64,000 nucleotides of DNA from Myxococcales bacterium (GTDB taxonomy: Bacteria; Myxococcota_A; UBA9160; UBA4427): assembly GCA_022563535.1 (NCBI GenBank), contig JADFNE010000019.1, forward strand, positions 3,386 to 67,385. Reading direction: 5' to 3'. The position numbers were made by a program, and so were the translations under genes. Position 1 is the first letter of the stretch; every line of letters starts with the position of its first letter. Below are positions 45,816-53,625 of the stretch, in pieces. The notes under the pieces are model-generated. The model was not told where the DNA came from. It did not search any database and saw only the letters and a program-made list of their open reading frames with translations.

Positions 45816-47315
45816 TTACCAGGACGCAAAGACTGCGACCATGACGATCACCACTCCGGTCAGCCAGCTGACGCGATCCGTGGCCGCGAACAACACCGGA
45901 TCGTCGAGCAGAATCTTCCTCCGCGCCAAGAACCACATGCGCGAGACCCAGTACAGGAATGGAGGCATGATCAGCCAAAGCACGTTGGGGCGGGGATAGA
46001 GCCTGCTCACATCGTCGCTGGTCACGAACAAGCAGAGAACCAGGACTGCCATGTAGCCGGCGGCGAGCCCCATGGTCTCGATCATTCCGACATCCGTCAC
46101 TTCATATGCCCGACGCGCATTACTCTCCGCACCGATGTCTTCGGTCGCCAACAACTCTGCGTAGCGTTTGAGCAGCGCAAGACTCAGAAACATGAACATG
46201 CAGAATGCCAGCAGCCAGGGAGACAGCCTTACGTCGGCAGCCACGGCGCCGGCCAGCACTCGATGGGTAAAGAGTCCCGCCAGCACGAGCACGTCGAGAA
46301 ACAATTTCTGCTTCAGATAGAGGGAATAGGTAATTGTGAGCACCGTGTAGATCGCGAGCATTCCGGTTGCAATCAGCGGGAGCGCCGCAAAGGAGAGACC
46401 GAAACCGCCCAGCATAAGGCAGGCCAGCAACGCGACCCCGGTCGGAATGGGCAGCGTTCCCGCCGCGAAGGGTCGCATCCGTTTGCGTTCGTGTCGGCGA
46501 TCACTTTCGATGTCCAGCAGATCGTTGAGAAGGTAGGTCGCGGACGCAATACTGCAGAAACACGCGAAGGCAATCGCGACCTGAGTGACTTTCTCGAAAT
46601 TGCTCAGTTGGTGGGCGAGCAGCAGCGGTACCCACAGCAGGGCGTTTTTGATCCACTGGTAAATGCGCATGGACTTGATTGCGGGGGCCAGGCCCGGGGA
46701 ATCGGTCGAAAATCGCTTGACCTCGCCCTCGAAACTCTCGGCGGCCCGGACTGCGCCAGCACTCGGCTGTACCAGGATTGCCACGGCGGCGTGTCGCCAA
46801 ACGGGGATGTCAGCAGTGGAATTTCCGAGGTACTCGAACTCCGAGCCTCCGCAGTCGCGCTGAATGGCGTCGAGCTTCGCTTCGCTCAGCAGGTTCATTT
46901 CGCCGTCGCTCGCCAGCACCGCATCGAAGAAACCGAGATGTGCGGCGATCGGCTCGGCCATCAAACCATCGCTCGCCGTGGCGAGCACCAGACGCCGCCC
47001 CTTGGCCTTTTCCTCGCGCAGGTAGTCGAGCACCTGGCTGCGGTAGGGGAGCCGCGCTGGATCGAAGCTCACTCGCTGTGCAATGGCCCGCTTGAAGCCA
47101 GCCTTGCCCCGCAGCAACCAGATCGGCATGCTGAGCGCCCGGAAGGGCTGTTGGGCGGCCAGCAAGCAGATGGACTCCCACAGCATGTCTGTGCTGATCA
47201 GGGTGTCATCGAGGTCTACGTAAACAGGGCAGGTCGCGGTGGACATGGCTTGATTGCTTTCGGCCTCGGATTCGATCGAATTGGGGTGGGTGGTCGAAAA
47301 TTTGCAACCCAGCAT
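45816..47315 (-). CDS. Fusion protein: HAD-IB-type phosphatase (N-terminal) and UbiA-family prenyl-phosphate phosphoribosyltransferase-like domain (C-terminal)
   Basis: HAD motifs VYVDLDDTL (DxD), LATAS and GNSTADIP are present. The UbiA motif NDLLDIESDRRHERKRMRPFAAG closely matches the decaprenyl-phosphate phosphoribosyltransferase signature, and 8-9 TM helices follow. An alternative start is ATG 47246. Confidence 0.85.
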   Translation of the reverse strand: MLGCKFSTTHPNSIESEAESNQAMSTATCPVYVDLDDTLISTDMLWESICLLAAQQPFRALSMPIWLLRGKAGFKRAIAQRVSFDPARLPYRSQVLDYLREEKAKGRRLVLATASDGLMAEPIAAHLGFFDAVLASDGEMNLLSEAKLDAIQRDCGGSEFEYLGNSTADIPVWRHAAVAILVQPSAGAVRAAESFEGEVKRFSTDSPGLAPAIKSMRIYQWIKNALLWVPLLLAHQLSNFEKVTQVAIAFACFCSIASATYLLNDLLDIESDRRHERKRMRPFAAGTLPIPTGVALLACLMLGGFGLSFAALPLIATGMLAIYTVLTITYSLYLKQKLFLDVLVLAGLFTHRVLAGAVAADVRLSPWLLAFCMFMFLSLALLKRYAELLATEDIGAESNARRAYEVTDVGMIETMGLAAGYMAVLVLCLFVTSDDVSRLYPRPNVLWLIMPPFLYWVSRMWFLARRKILLDDPVLFAATDRVSWLTGVVIVMVAVFASW

Positions 47316-47425
47316 TCGTCTTCAGGTCGGCCAACTATACCAAGTTTCTGTATTTCAGTCCGATCCGAGCACGGTATCCTGCAGCGCGTGACGCCTTGCA
47401 AACCGGAACCAGGAATATTGCCGCA

Positions 47426-48178
47426 ATGAGCCGCACCACCATCGTCGTGCCCTGCTACAACGAAGCCAAACGCTTTGACGCCAAGGCGTTCGAGCTCGCA
47501 TTGGCCGATGTTCCGGGACTCGAATTTCTGTTCGTGAATGACGGCAGTGACGACGACACCCCGATCATGCTGCGCGCATTTGAAGAAAAGCACGAAGGGC
47601 GGGTGCAGGTCATCGATCTGGCACACAACCGAGGCAAGTCCCACGCGGTACGTGCCGGCATGCTCGCAGCACTGGCCGGAGACGCAACCTACTGCGGCTA
47701 TTGGGACGCCGACCTGGCAACACCGCTGAATGAAATTCCCCGCTTCGTGGAGGTCCTCGAAGCCAGGCCGCTGCTCGAACTCGTGATCGGATCCCGGGTC
47801 AAACTGCTCGGCCGCACGATCGAACGCAATCCGCTGCGGCACTATCTGGGACGCATCTCCGCCACCGTGACCTCCGTGCTGCTGGATCTCCCGGTCTACG
47901 ACACCCAGTGCGGGGCCAAGCTCTTTCGCAATAGCCCCGAAACGCAGAGTCTGTTCGCGGAAGCGTTCTTGAGCGGGTGGATATTTGACGTCGAACTCAT
48001 TGCACGAATGATCCAGCATCGCCGCACTGCAGGGCTGCCTTCGGCGGAATTCGCCATCTACGAACTCCCCCTGCGGCAGTGGCGTGACATGGCGGGATCA
48101 AAGCTCCGGGTGGGCCTGGCCTATGCCGGCGCATTCTGGGAGATCCTGCGGATTTACTGGCGCTACCTCCGCCACTGA
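47426..48178 (+). CDS. Family 2 glycosyltransferase (polyprenyl-phosphate glycosyltransferase-like)
   Basis: TIVVPCYNEAKRF, FVNDGSDDDT, and WDADLATP (the DxD-type motif) are present. The size (~250 aa) is typical of DPM1/GtrB-like enzymes. Confidence 0.85.
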   Translation: MSRTTIVVPCYNEAKRFDAKAFELALADVPGLEFLFVNDGSDDDTPIMLRAFEEKHEGRVQVIDLAHNRGKSHAVRAGMLAALAGDATYCGYWDADLATPLNEIPRFVEVLEARPLLELVIGSRVKLLGRTIERNPLRHYLGRISATVTSVLLDLPVYDTQCGAKLFRNSPETQSLFAEAFLSGWIFDVELIARMIQHRRTAGLPSAEFAIYELPLRQWRDMAGSKLRVGLAYAGAFWEILRIYWRYLRH

Positions 48179-48797
48179 ATCTGGAGTGCATAGCCAGAAT
48201 TGGCCGTATCGCGAGATCGCGACACCAAATTGCGATTTTCCAGGCGGGGTCCGGTGATCTGCGGAATTCGCTTGGCATGTTTTTTTTCAAAATAGTGCAA
48301 TTTTCTCTTGGATTCGAATTGCCGGTCGTGGTAAGTGTTATACACACGTGTGGGTCGAATCTCGGACGTACGGTTGAAGATCGCCGTACACACCCGAATC
48401 GAGCCCAATACGTCCAGTTCTGGCGTATGACGGGATGAATGAAGGCTGCTGGCCCTCACCACTCCAAAGCAACAAAAAGCACCGAAGTTCTAAAATAAAA
48501 AAGCTCAGCGACTAAGAAACACAAGCTGACGAATATTGACCTGACTGCGGCTCGATGGGGGGTTCGATCCGTTTCCCTGCGGGGAAGGAGGGCCCATCAG
48601 ATGCTGTGGAGTGGAACGTCTCCAAGCGATTACTCGCGCCAACCAAATACAAGCTCGATGCCGCGGATTCCGCGGAACCAATCCGTCTCCATCGCGACTC
48701 ACCTTCAAAATGAGTCCGGCTGGTCCCGGCTCGGTCGGTGCCGGTTTCGTTCAATCAAAGTCGATTTCGGCACACTCGGTTCACGGAGCCCAGAAAA

Positions 48798-50210
48798 ATG
48801 TTGAGAGAGCTGGGCCGAAGAATGCATCGGATTTGGCTGATCTTTGACGTATCGATTTGCATCGTCTTGTTTTCGGCCATCGTCTACCACCCGCAATTTG
48901 CGGAATCGAACAATCTTCAGGCCTATAGCCCGGTCGCAATCGGGATCATGGCGTTGTTCACCGGTTTCGGTTGGCAGATCATTCTGGGCCGCTGCCGGGT
49001 TTACGAATCCCACCGCCGGATCAACGTCTCGCAGCTGTTGAGGCGGCTGACGATGGGCAACTCCATTGGAGCTGCCACACTGGCGGCCGCACTCTTTACC
49101 GTCGGAATCGAAGCACCCCCGTTCATGCCTGTGGCCCTCGCGGTCGGAATCTTCACGGTGCAGGCCATCACGCGCATTTCGGCCATGATCCTGCTGCGGT
49201 CCATTCGCCGCAGCGGCAGGAATTTTCGCAACGTCTTGATCGTGGGGGCGGGGCCGCGCGCTCTAAACGCGACCAATACGATTCTCAATCACCCCGAGTG
49301 GGGTCTTCGCGTCATCGGCTACCTCGACGATTGGTACGGTGAGGATTTTCGGCCCTCCGTTCCCATCGACAAAATTCACAAGATCGTCGAGCTGCCTGAG
49401 CTGCTGCGCAACGAGACCGTGGACGAACTCCTGGTCGCCTGTCCACGCACGATGCTGATTACATTGACCCCGGTGGTGAACGAATGCGCACTCATCGGTG
49501 TACCCGTCACCGTGCTGGCCGATCTCTTTGGAGACCAGTTGCCCGCCCCGAAGGTCGGCATCCTCGGCTCCCACACGACCTTGAGCTTTGCACCTGTTCA
49601 CCACAACGAACTCGAGCTCATGGTGAAACGAGTGGTTGATATCCTGGGGGCCCTGGTCGGGTTGCTCCTCTCGGCGCCCATCGTCGCGGTCGCGGCGGTT
49701 CTGATCCGGCTCGATTCCAAGGGGCCGATCTTCTTCCGTCAGGAGCGCTGCGGGCTCAACGGTCGCCGCTTCGAGATGATCAAATTGCGCACCATGAACG
49801 ACGGAGCCGATGCTCACAAGCACGAACTCATGCATCTCAACGAGATGGACGGGCCGGTCTTCAAGCTCGCGAACGATCCTCGGATTACGCCGATCGGCCA
49901 CTTTTTGCGGCGCACCAGCATCGACGAATTTCCGCAGTTCCTGAACGTCCTGGTGGGCGACATGAGCCTGGTCGGCCCCCGTCCCCCAACTCCGGAAGAA
50001 GTGATCTGCTACGAGGGCGACACGCGCCGGCGTCTGTCCATGCGACCGGGTCTCACCTGCTATTGGCAGGTCGGTGGACGCAACAACATCAGCTTTGCCG
50101 AATGGATCCAGCTGGACTTGATGTACATCGACACCTGGTCCCTGCTGAACGATCTGGTGATCCTGCTGAAAACCGTGCCCACAGTCATCTTCACCCGCGG
50201 AGCCAGCTAA
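48798..50210 (+). CDS. Exopolysaccharide priming enzyme (polyprenyl-phosphate hexose-1-phosphate transferase, WbaP/WcaJ-like)
   Basis: ATG 48798 follows GGAGC. There are 4 N-terminal TM helices and a Rossmann-like linker. The C-terminal bacterial sugar transferase domain has KRVVDILGALVGLL...GPIFFRQERCGLNGRRFEMIKLRTM...DEFPQFLNVLVGDMSLVGPRP. Confidence 0.9.
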   Translation: MLRELGRRMHRIWLIFDVSICIVLFSAIVYHPQFAESNNLQAYSPVAIGIMALFTGFGWQIILGRCRVYESHRRINVSQLLRRLTMGNSIGAATLAAALFTVGIEAPPFMPVALAVGIFTVQAITRISAMILLRSIRRSGRNFRNVLIVGAGPRALNATNTILNHPEWGLRVIGYLDDWYGEDFRPSVPIDKIHKIVELPELLRNETVDELLVACPRTMLITLTPVVNECALIGVPVTVLADLFGDQLPAPKVGILGSHTTLSFAPVHHNELELMVKRVVDILGALVGLLLSAPIVAVAAVLIRLDSKGPIFFRQERCGLNGRRFEMIKLRTMNDGADAHKHELMHLNEMDGPVFKLANDPRITPIGHFLRRTSIDEFPQFLNVLVGDMSLVGPRPPTPEEVICYEGDTRRRLSMRPGLTCYWQVGGRNNISFAEWIQLDLMYIDTWSLLNDLVILLKTVPTVIFTRGAS

Positions 50211-50218
50211 CCGTCCCG

Positions 50219-51001
50219 CTAAAGTCCCGGCAGCGACGTAGTATTGCGATAGGCCGCTCCGGCCTGAATGACCGGCTGGAACGGAAACAAGATCTGCTGC
50301 AAGACATAACCAATCCGCGCCAGGATTGTCGGCGGCACCACGACAATGTCTCCGCTGAGCAGTTGAATATTGCTCGAAAGATCCCCCGATTGGATTCGAC
50401 TCAAATTCACTTGGAGGATCACCGGCTCGCAATGTAACCAGCATTGTGCGGGGTCTCGTGCAGCTCGAATCACCCGGACGTTGCGCTTTGACGCGAAGTT
50501 GGTCGTGCCGCCCAATTGTGCGATGGCTTCTGCCACCCGAATGTCGTGCTGGATGGGAAAGGTGCCCGGACTGCGGACTTCGCCGAATAACGTGATGGTG
50601 TCGCTCTCGGCTGCAATTACGGTCACGGTGACCGAAGCGTTGCGCTTGAAGCGGCCGATCTCCACCCGCACGGATTCGGCGATCTCCTCGGGCGTCATGC
50701 CCGCTGCCTGGAGATCACCAATCAAGTCCAGAGACACCTTGCCGTCCGGACGTACGGTCACAACTCGTTCGATCACGGGCTCGGGCAGAATGCTGATCAA
50801 GATCTGGTCGGGGGCGCCCACTCGATAGGGCACCGGTTTTGCCATCAAGGGCGGTGCGGCTGGCGAAACGCAGGCGATCGGGCCGAGCAGCGAAAGACCC
50901 ACCGCGACCAAGAGCAGCGCAAGCGGCGCCGTCCTCCGCTTTTCATGCTGTGCCTGATTCGCAAATTGAATTGGATTGGAGTGCACGGTTGATCCCCCCA
51001 C
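50219..51001 (-). CDS. Polysaccharide export outer-membrane lipoprotein (Wza-like: Poly_export plus SLBB)
   Basis: A lipobox is present (LLGPIAC). YRVGAPDQILISI and VRPDGKVSLDLIGDLQAAGMTPEEIAESV match the export-protein pattern. The start may instead be GTG 50986, which follows GGGGGGA. Confidence 0.85.
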   Translation of the reverse strand: MGGSTVHSNPIQFANQAQHEKRRTAPLALLLVAVGLSLLGPIACVSPAAPPLMAKPVPYRVGAPDQILISILPEPVIERVVTVRPDGKVSLDLIGDLQAAGMTPEEIAESVRVEIGRFKRNASVTVTVIAAESDTITLFGEVRSPGTFPIQHDIRVAEAIAQLGGTTNFASKRNVRVIRAARDPAQCWLHCEPVILQVNLSRIQSGDLSSNIQLLSGDIVVVPPTILARIGYVLQQILFPFQPVIQAGAAYRNTTSLPGL

Positions 51002-51007
51002 GCGTTC

Positions 51008-51062
51008 TTCGGGTGTTGTTCGGGTGTTGTTCGGGTGTTGTTCGGGTGTTGTAGTTCGGGTG
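51008..51062. repeat. Tandem direct repeat, 11-bp unit TTCGGGTGTTG x4 plus a partial fifth copy
   Basis: Perfect copies lie at 51008-18, 51019-29, 51030-40 and 51041-51. TAG then precedes TTCGGGTG (51055-62). The array fills the gap between the FHA-gene stop (51107) and the Wza-like start. Confidence 0.9.
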
Positions 51063-51106
51063 CAATGAAACTGACATGCTTGGGGGGGCGGGAGAAGTCT
51101 ACCGTG

Positions 51107-51451
51107 TCAGCTGGAACTCGGGGACCCAAAATCGAAACGAAACGAAGTACTGCCGATCTTGATCTCGTCCCCCGGCACGAGGGTTGCCGAGCGCACGCGC
51201 TTGCCGTTGAGCTTGGTTCCATTGGTCGACTGAAGATCTTCGACCACGTATTCGCCGTGGTCACCGGCGGATTCGTCGAAGCTGATGATGGCGTGCTCGC
51301 GGCTGATGCCGTCGTCGAGCAAGGTGATGTCGGTGGTCGGGTTGCGGCCGATCAAGGTTTCTTCGGCAGACAACTCGTACACCATCCCTTTGAAGTCGCC
51401 GGTCAGCGCCACGAGACGACCGGATGCGGGCCGGGAAGACTGATCAGACAT
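51107..51451 (-). CDS. Stand-alone FHA domain protein
   Basis: 114 aa: LIGRNPTTDITLLDDGISREHAIISFD...VEDLQSTNGTKLNGKRV. Confidence 0.85.
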   Translation of the reverse strand: MSDQSSRPASGRLVALTGDFKGMVYELSAEETLIGRNPTTDITLLDDGISREHAIISFDESAGDHGEYVVEDLQSTNGTKLNGKRVRSATLVPGDEIKIGSTSFRFDFGSPSSS

Positions 51452-51538
51452 TGCGCGGCAACCTTTCGGCCTCCGCCCGTCGGGGCAGTGGAGACTCGAT
51501 CCGCTATCGGCATGGCAAGCGAGAAGCTTGAGACGGCG

Positions 51539-52348
51539 CTACAGGCGCCGGTTTGCCAGGCAGGGGACAGACTTCCGGACGCGTTCCAAGTGCGCAAGGT
51601 CACAGTCGGCCAGGATCACCCCGGGTTCGTCGCCCGCCTGCGCGAGCACCAGGCCCCAGGGATCCACGATCATCGAACGTCCGTAGCTAGAACGATCTGC
51701 GCTGTGCTGACCGCATTGGGCCGGGGCCAACACGAAGGCCTGGTTTTCGATTGCCCGGGCGCGCAGCAGCACCTCCCAATGGTCTCGCCCAGTACTGGGT
51801 GCAAACGCCGACGGAACACTGAGAAAACGCGCCCCTTGGGCCACCAGTTCTCGGTACAACTCGGGGAAGCGCAGGTCGTAACAGATGGACATGCCTAGCA
51901 CGCCAAAGGGAAGTTTGGCCGATACCACGTCACTGCCCGGGGCGATCGCATCGGATTCTCGAAAGCTACCGCCGTCGCGAGCCAGGTCGACATCAAACAA
52001 GTGGAGTTTGCGGTAACGCGCAACGCACTCGCCTTCGGGCGAGATCAACACACTGCAGTTGTACACGCGATCGCTGTCGGGGATGCGCTCGGGAAACGAA
52101 CCCCCGAGAATCCAGATGTTCCGTTCTCGAGCCAGTTCGCGAATACAGACGACGATCTCTCCGTCGACGTCCTGGGCGCAGGGGTAGGCCAGCCCTTCCC
52201 GGCGCAGATAGCCGTAGTTCTCGGGCAGGGCGACAAACTCAGCACCCCGGTCGACCGCCTCGCGAACGAAGTGACGCGTGGCTTCGAGATTTGCGGCGAT
52301 ATCGTCGCTCGAACTCAGCTGGATGATGGCGGTGCGAACCACTGACAT
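51539..52348 (-). CDS. Carbon-nitrogen hydrolase (Nit/nitrilase superfamily amidase)
   Basis: The Glu-Lys-Cys triad contexts are present: FVALPENYGY, RYRKLHLFD and MSICYDLRFPE. The ATG at 52348 lies 4 nt after the upstream gene's stop. Confidence 0.85.
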   Translation of the reverse strand: MSVVRTAIIQLSSSDDIAANLEATRHFVREAVDRGAEFVALPENYGYLRREGLAYPCAQDVDGEIVVCIRELARERNIWILGGSFPERIPDSDRVYNCSVLISPEGECVARYRKLHLFDVDLARDGGSFRESDAIAPGSDVVSAKLPFGVLGMSICYDLRFPELYRELVAQGARFLSVPSAFAPSTGRDHWEVLLRARAIENQAFVLAPAQCGQHSADRSSYGRSMIVDPWGLVLAQAGDEPGVILADCDLAHLERVRKSVPCLANRRL

Positions 52349-52352
52349 CAGA

Positions 52353-53402
52353 TCAAGTGCGGAACTCGCTCGGATCAACTCCGGTGCGTCGGATCACGTC
52401 GTAGAAGTCCTTGCGATCCTTCTTGGCCAGCCTCGCCGCACGACTGATATTGCCACTGCAGCGCCGCAGCAATCCCTCGACGTAGCGAGTTTCGAAGGCC
52501 CGCTTCGCATCCTTGAAGGAGGGCACTTCGTCGCCGTCGGTCGCGAGCATCAGCGATTCTGCGGAGATCACCCCGCCGCTGTTGAGTCGCACGGACTGTC
52601 GGATGCGTTCGCGCAACTCGCGCACGTTACCGGCCCAAGTTTCCTCGACCAGCCAGTTGCGCGCGTCGGAGGTGAAACCGATCGGCCGAATCTCTTCGGC
52701 TTCCGCCACCTCTGCCAGGAAGTGTGCGGCCAATGGCAGCACGTCCTCGCGTCGCTCGGAAAGCCCATCGAGGCTGACCACCTCAGTGGGCAGGTCACCA
52801 AGAAGCTTCTGTTCCGTGTGTCCATCGGAACTATCGGCGGTTGCGATGATGCGCACGGCCAACCGAGTCGGTTCACTCTGACCGGGCCGAATGAACGACT
52901 GAGACTGTGCGGCTTGAATCACCGCGGTGCGCAGCGACGGCTCCAATTTGTCGAACCCGGCGATCAGCAGCGTGCCCTGTCGCGCAGTGAAGAGCGCACC
53001 GTCGGTATTTTCGCCGAGGGGAGCCGCAGCGTCCGCGCTGCCGAACAATTCGCGCTCATGAAGGCCGATGGGCGTACTCGCCGCCGGAAACACGATAAAG
53101 GGCTGTCCCGCCCGGGTGCTCCACGCGTGAATCGCGCGACCGAAATGTTGGCGTCCACTGCCACTTGGTCCGACGATCAAGATCGCACTGTCGCCCCGGG
53201 CGCAGGCAGTCGCCTGGTCCAGGGAACGTTGGGCACTTTCGCTGGCGGCGACGATTCGATCGCTCTGCCGGCGGCCGATGACCCGAGTCGCCGTTGCGCC
53301 CGTGTCCGTACCAGGCGTTGCGCCATGCGGGCTCTCCGCCGCTTCTGCCGTCGTTGCCCCTGCGGTCGGAGTTGTGATCGATGTCGTTCGTTGATCGTTC
53401 AT
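52353..53402 (-). CDS. Sigma-54-activator-like AAA+/Fis-HTH regulator with degenerate ATPase and sigma-54-contact motifs
   Basis: It has the EBP layout and signatures (GNVRELRERI; C-terminal HTH ISRAARLAKKDRKDFYDVIRRTG). However, Walker A is GPSGSGRQ (Lys to Arg), Walker B is LLIAGFDKL (no DE), and no GAFTGA loop is present. The N-terminal ~45 aa are a Thr-rich low-complexity tail. Confidence 0.8.
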   Translation of the reverse strand: MNDQRTTSITTPTAGATTAEAAESPHGATPGTDTGATATRVIGRRQSDRIVAASESAQRSLDQATACARGDSAILIVGPSGSGRQHFGRAIHAWSTRAGQPFIVFPAASTPIGLHERELFGSADAAAPLGENTDGALFTARQGTLLIAGFDKLEPSLRTAVIQAAQSQSFIRPGQSEPTRLAVRIIATADSSDGHTEQKLLGDLPTEVVSLDGLSERREDVLPLAAHFLAEVAEAEEIRPIGFTSDARNWLVEETWAGNVRELRERIRQSVRLNSGGVISAESLMLATDGDEVPSFKDAKRAFETRYVEGLLRRCSGNISRAARLAKKDRKDFYDVIRRTGVDPSEFRT

Positions 53403-53625
53403 GCGTGATGCCCCCAGACGTTATCCGCGTGAAAACCAGAACCATTGATGTTTCACGTCATTGTCAAACACTCTTGCGAATGCATTGCATAATCTCTCGC
53501 AAATGAACCAGACGTGTTCCAGAAAACATTGACTCACCAACGCGGCCATGTTAACCCGCAAGAGGGGAAATGTGGGCAGCGAATTCACACCATTTTTTAA
53601 TTTTCGGCAATTAATCGGAGTTAAC

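Noticed and set aside
46263-47429. 388-aa plus-strand ORF
   Set aside because: It is antisense to the HAD-UbiA fusion gene. Its composition is Arg/Gly-rich and non-membrane, and the opposite strand shows clear motifs.
48561-48570. GGTTCGATCC, a tRNA T-loop-like box that suggested a tRNA gene or att-site remnant
   Set aside because: The flanking bases cannot form a T-stem (GGGGG versus CGTTT), and no acceptor or anticodon arms can be drawn. No integrase is nearby.
49263-50444. 393-aa minus-strand ORF
   Set aside because: It is antisense to the priming sugar transferase and is a shadow ORF.
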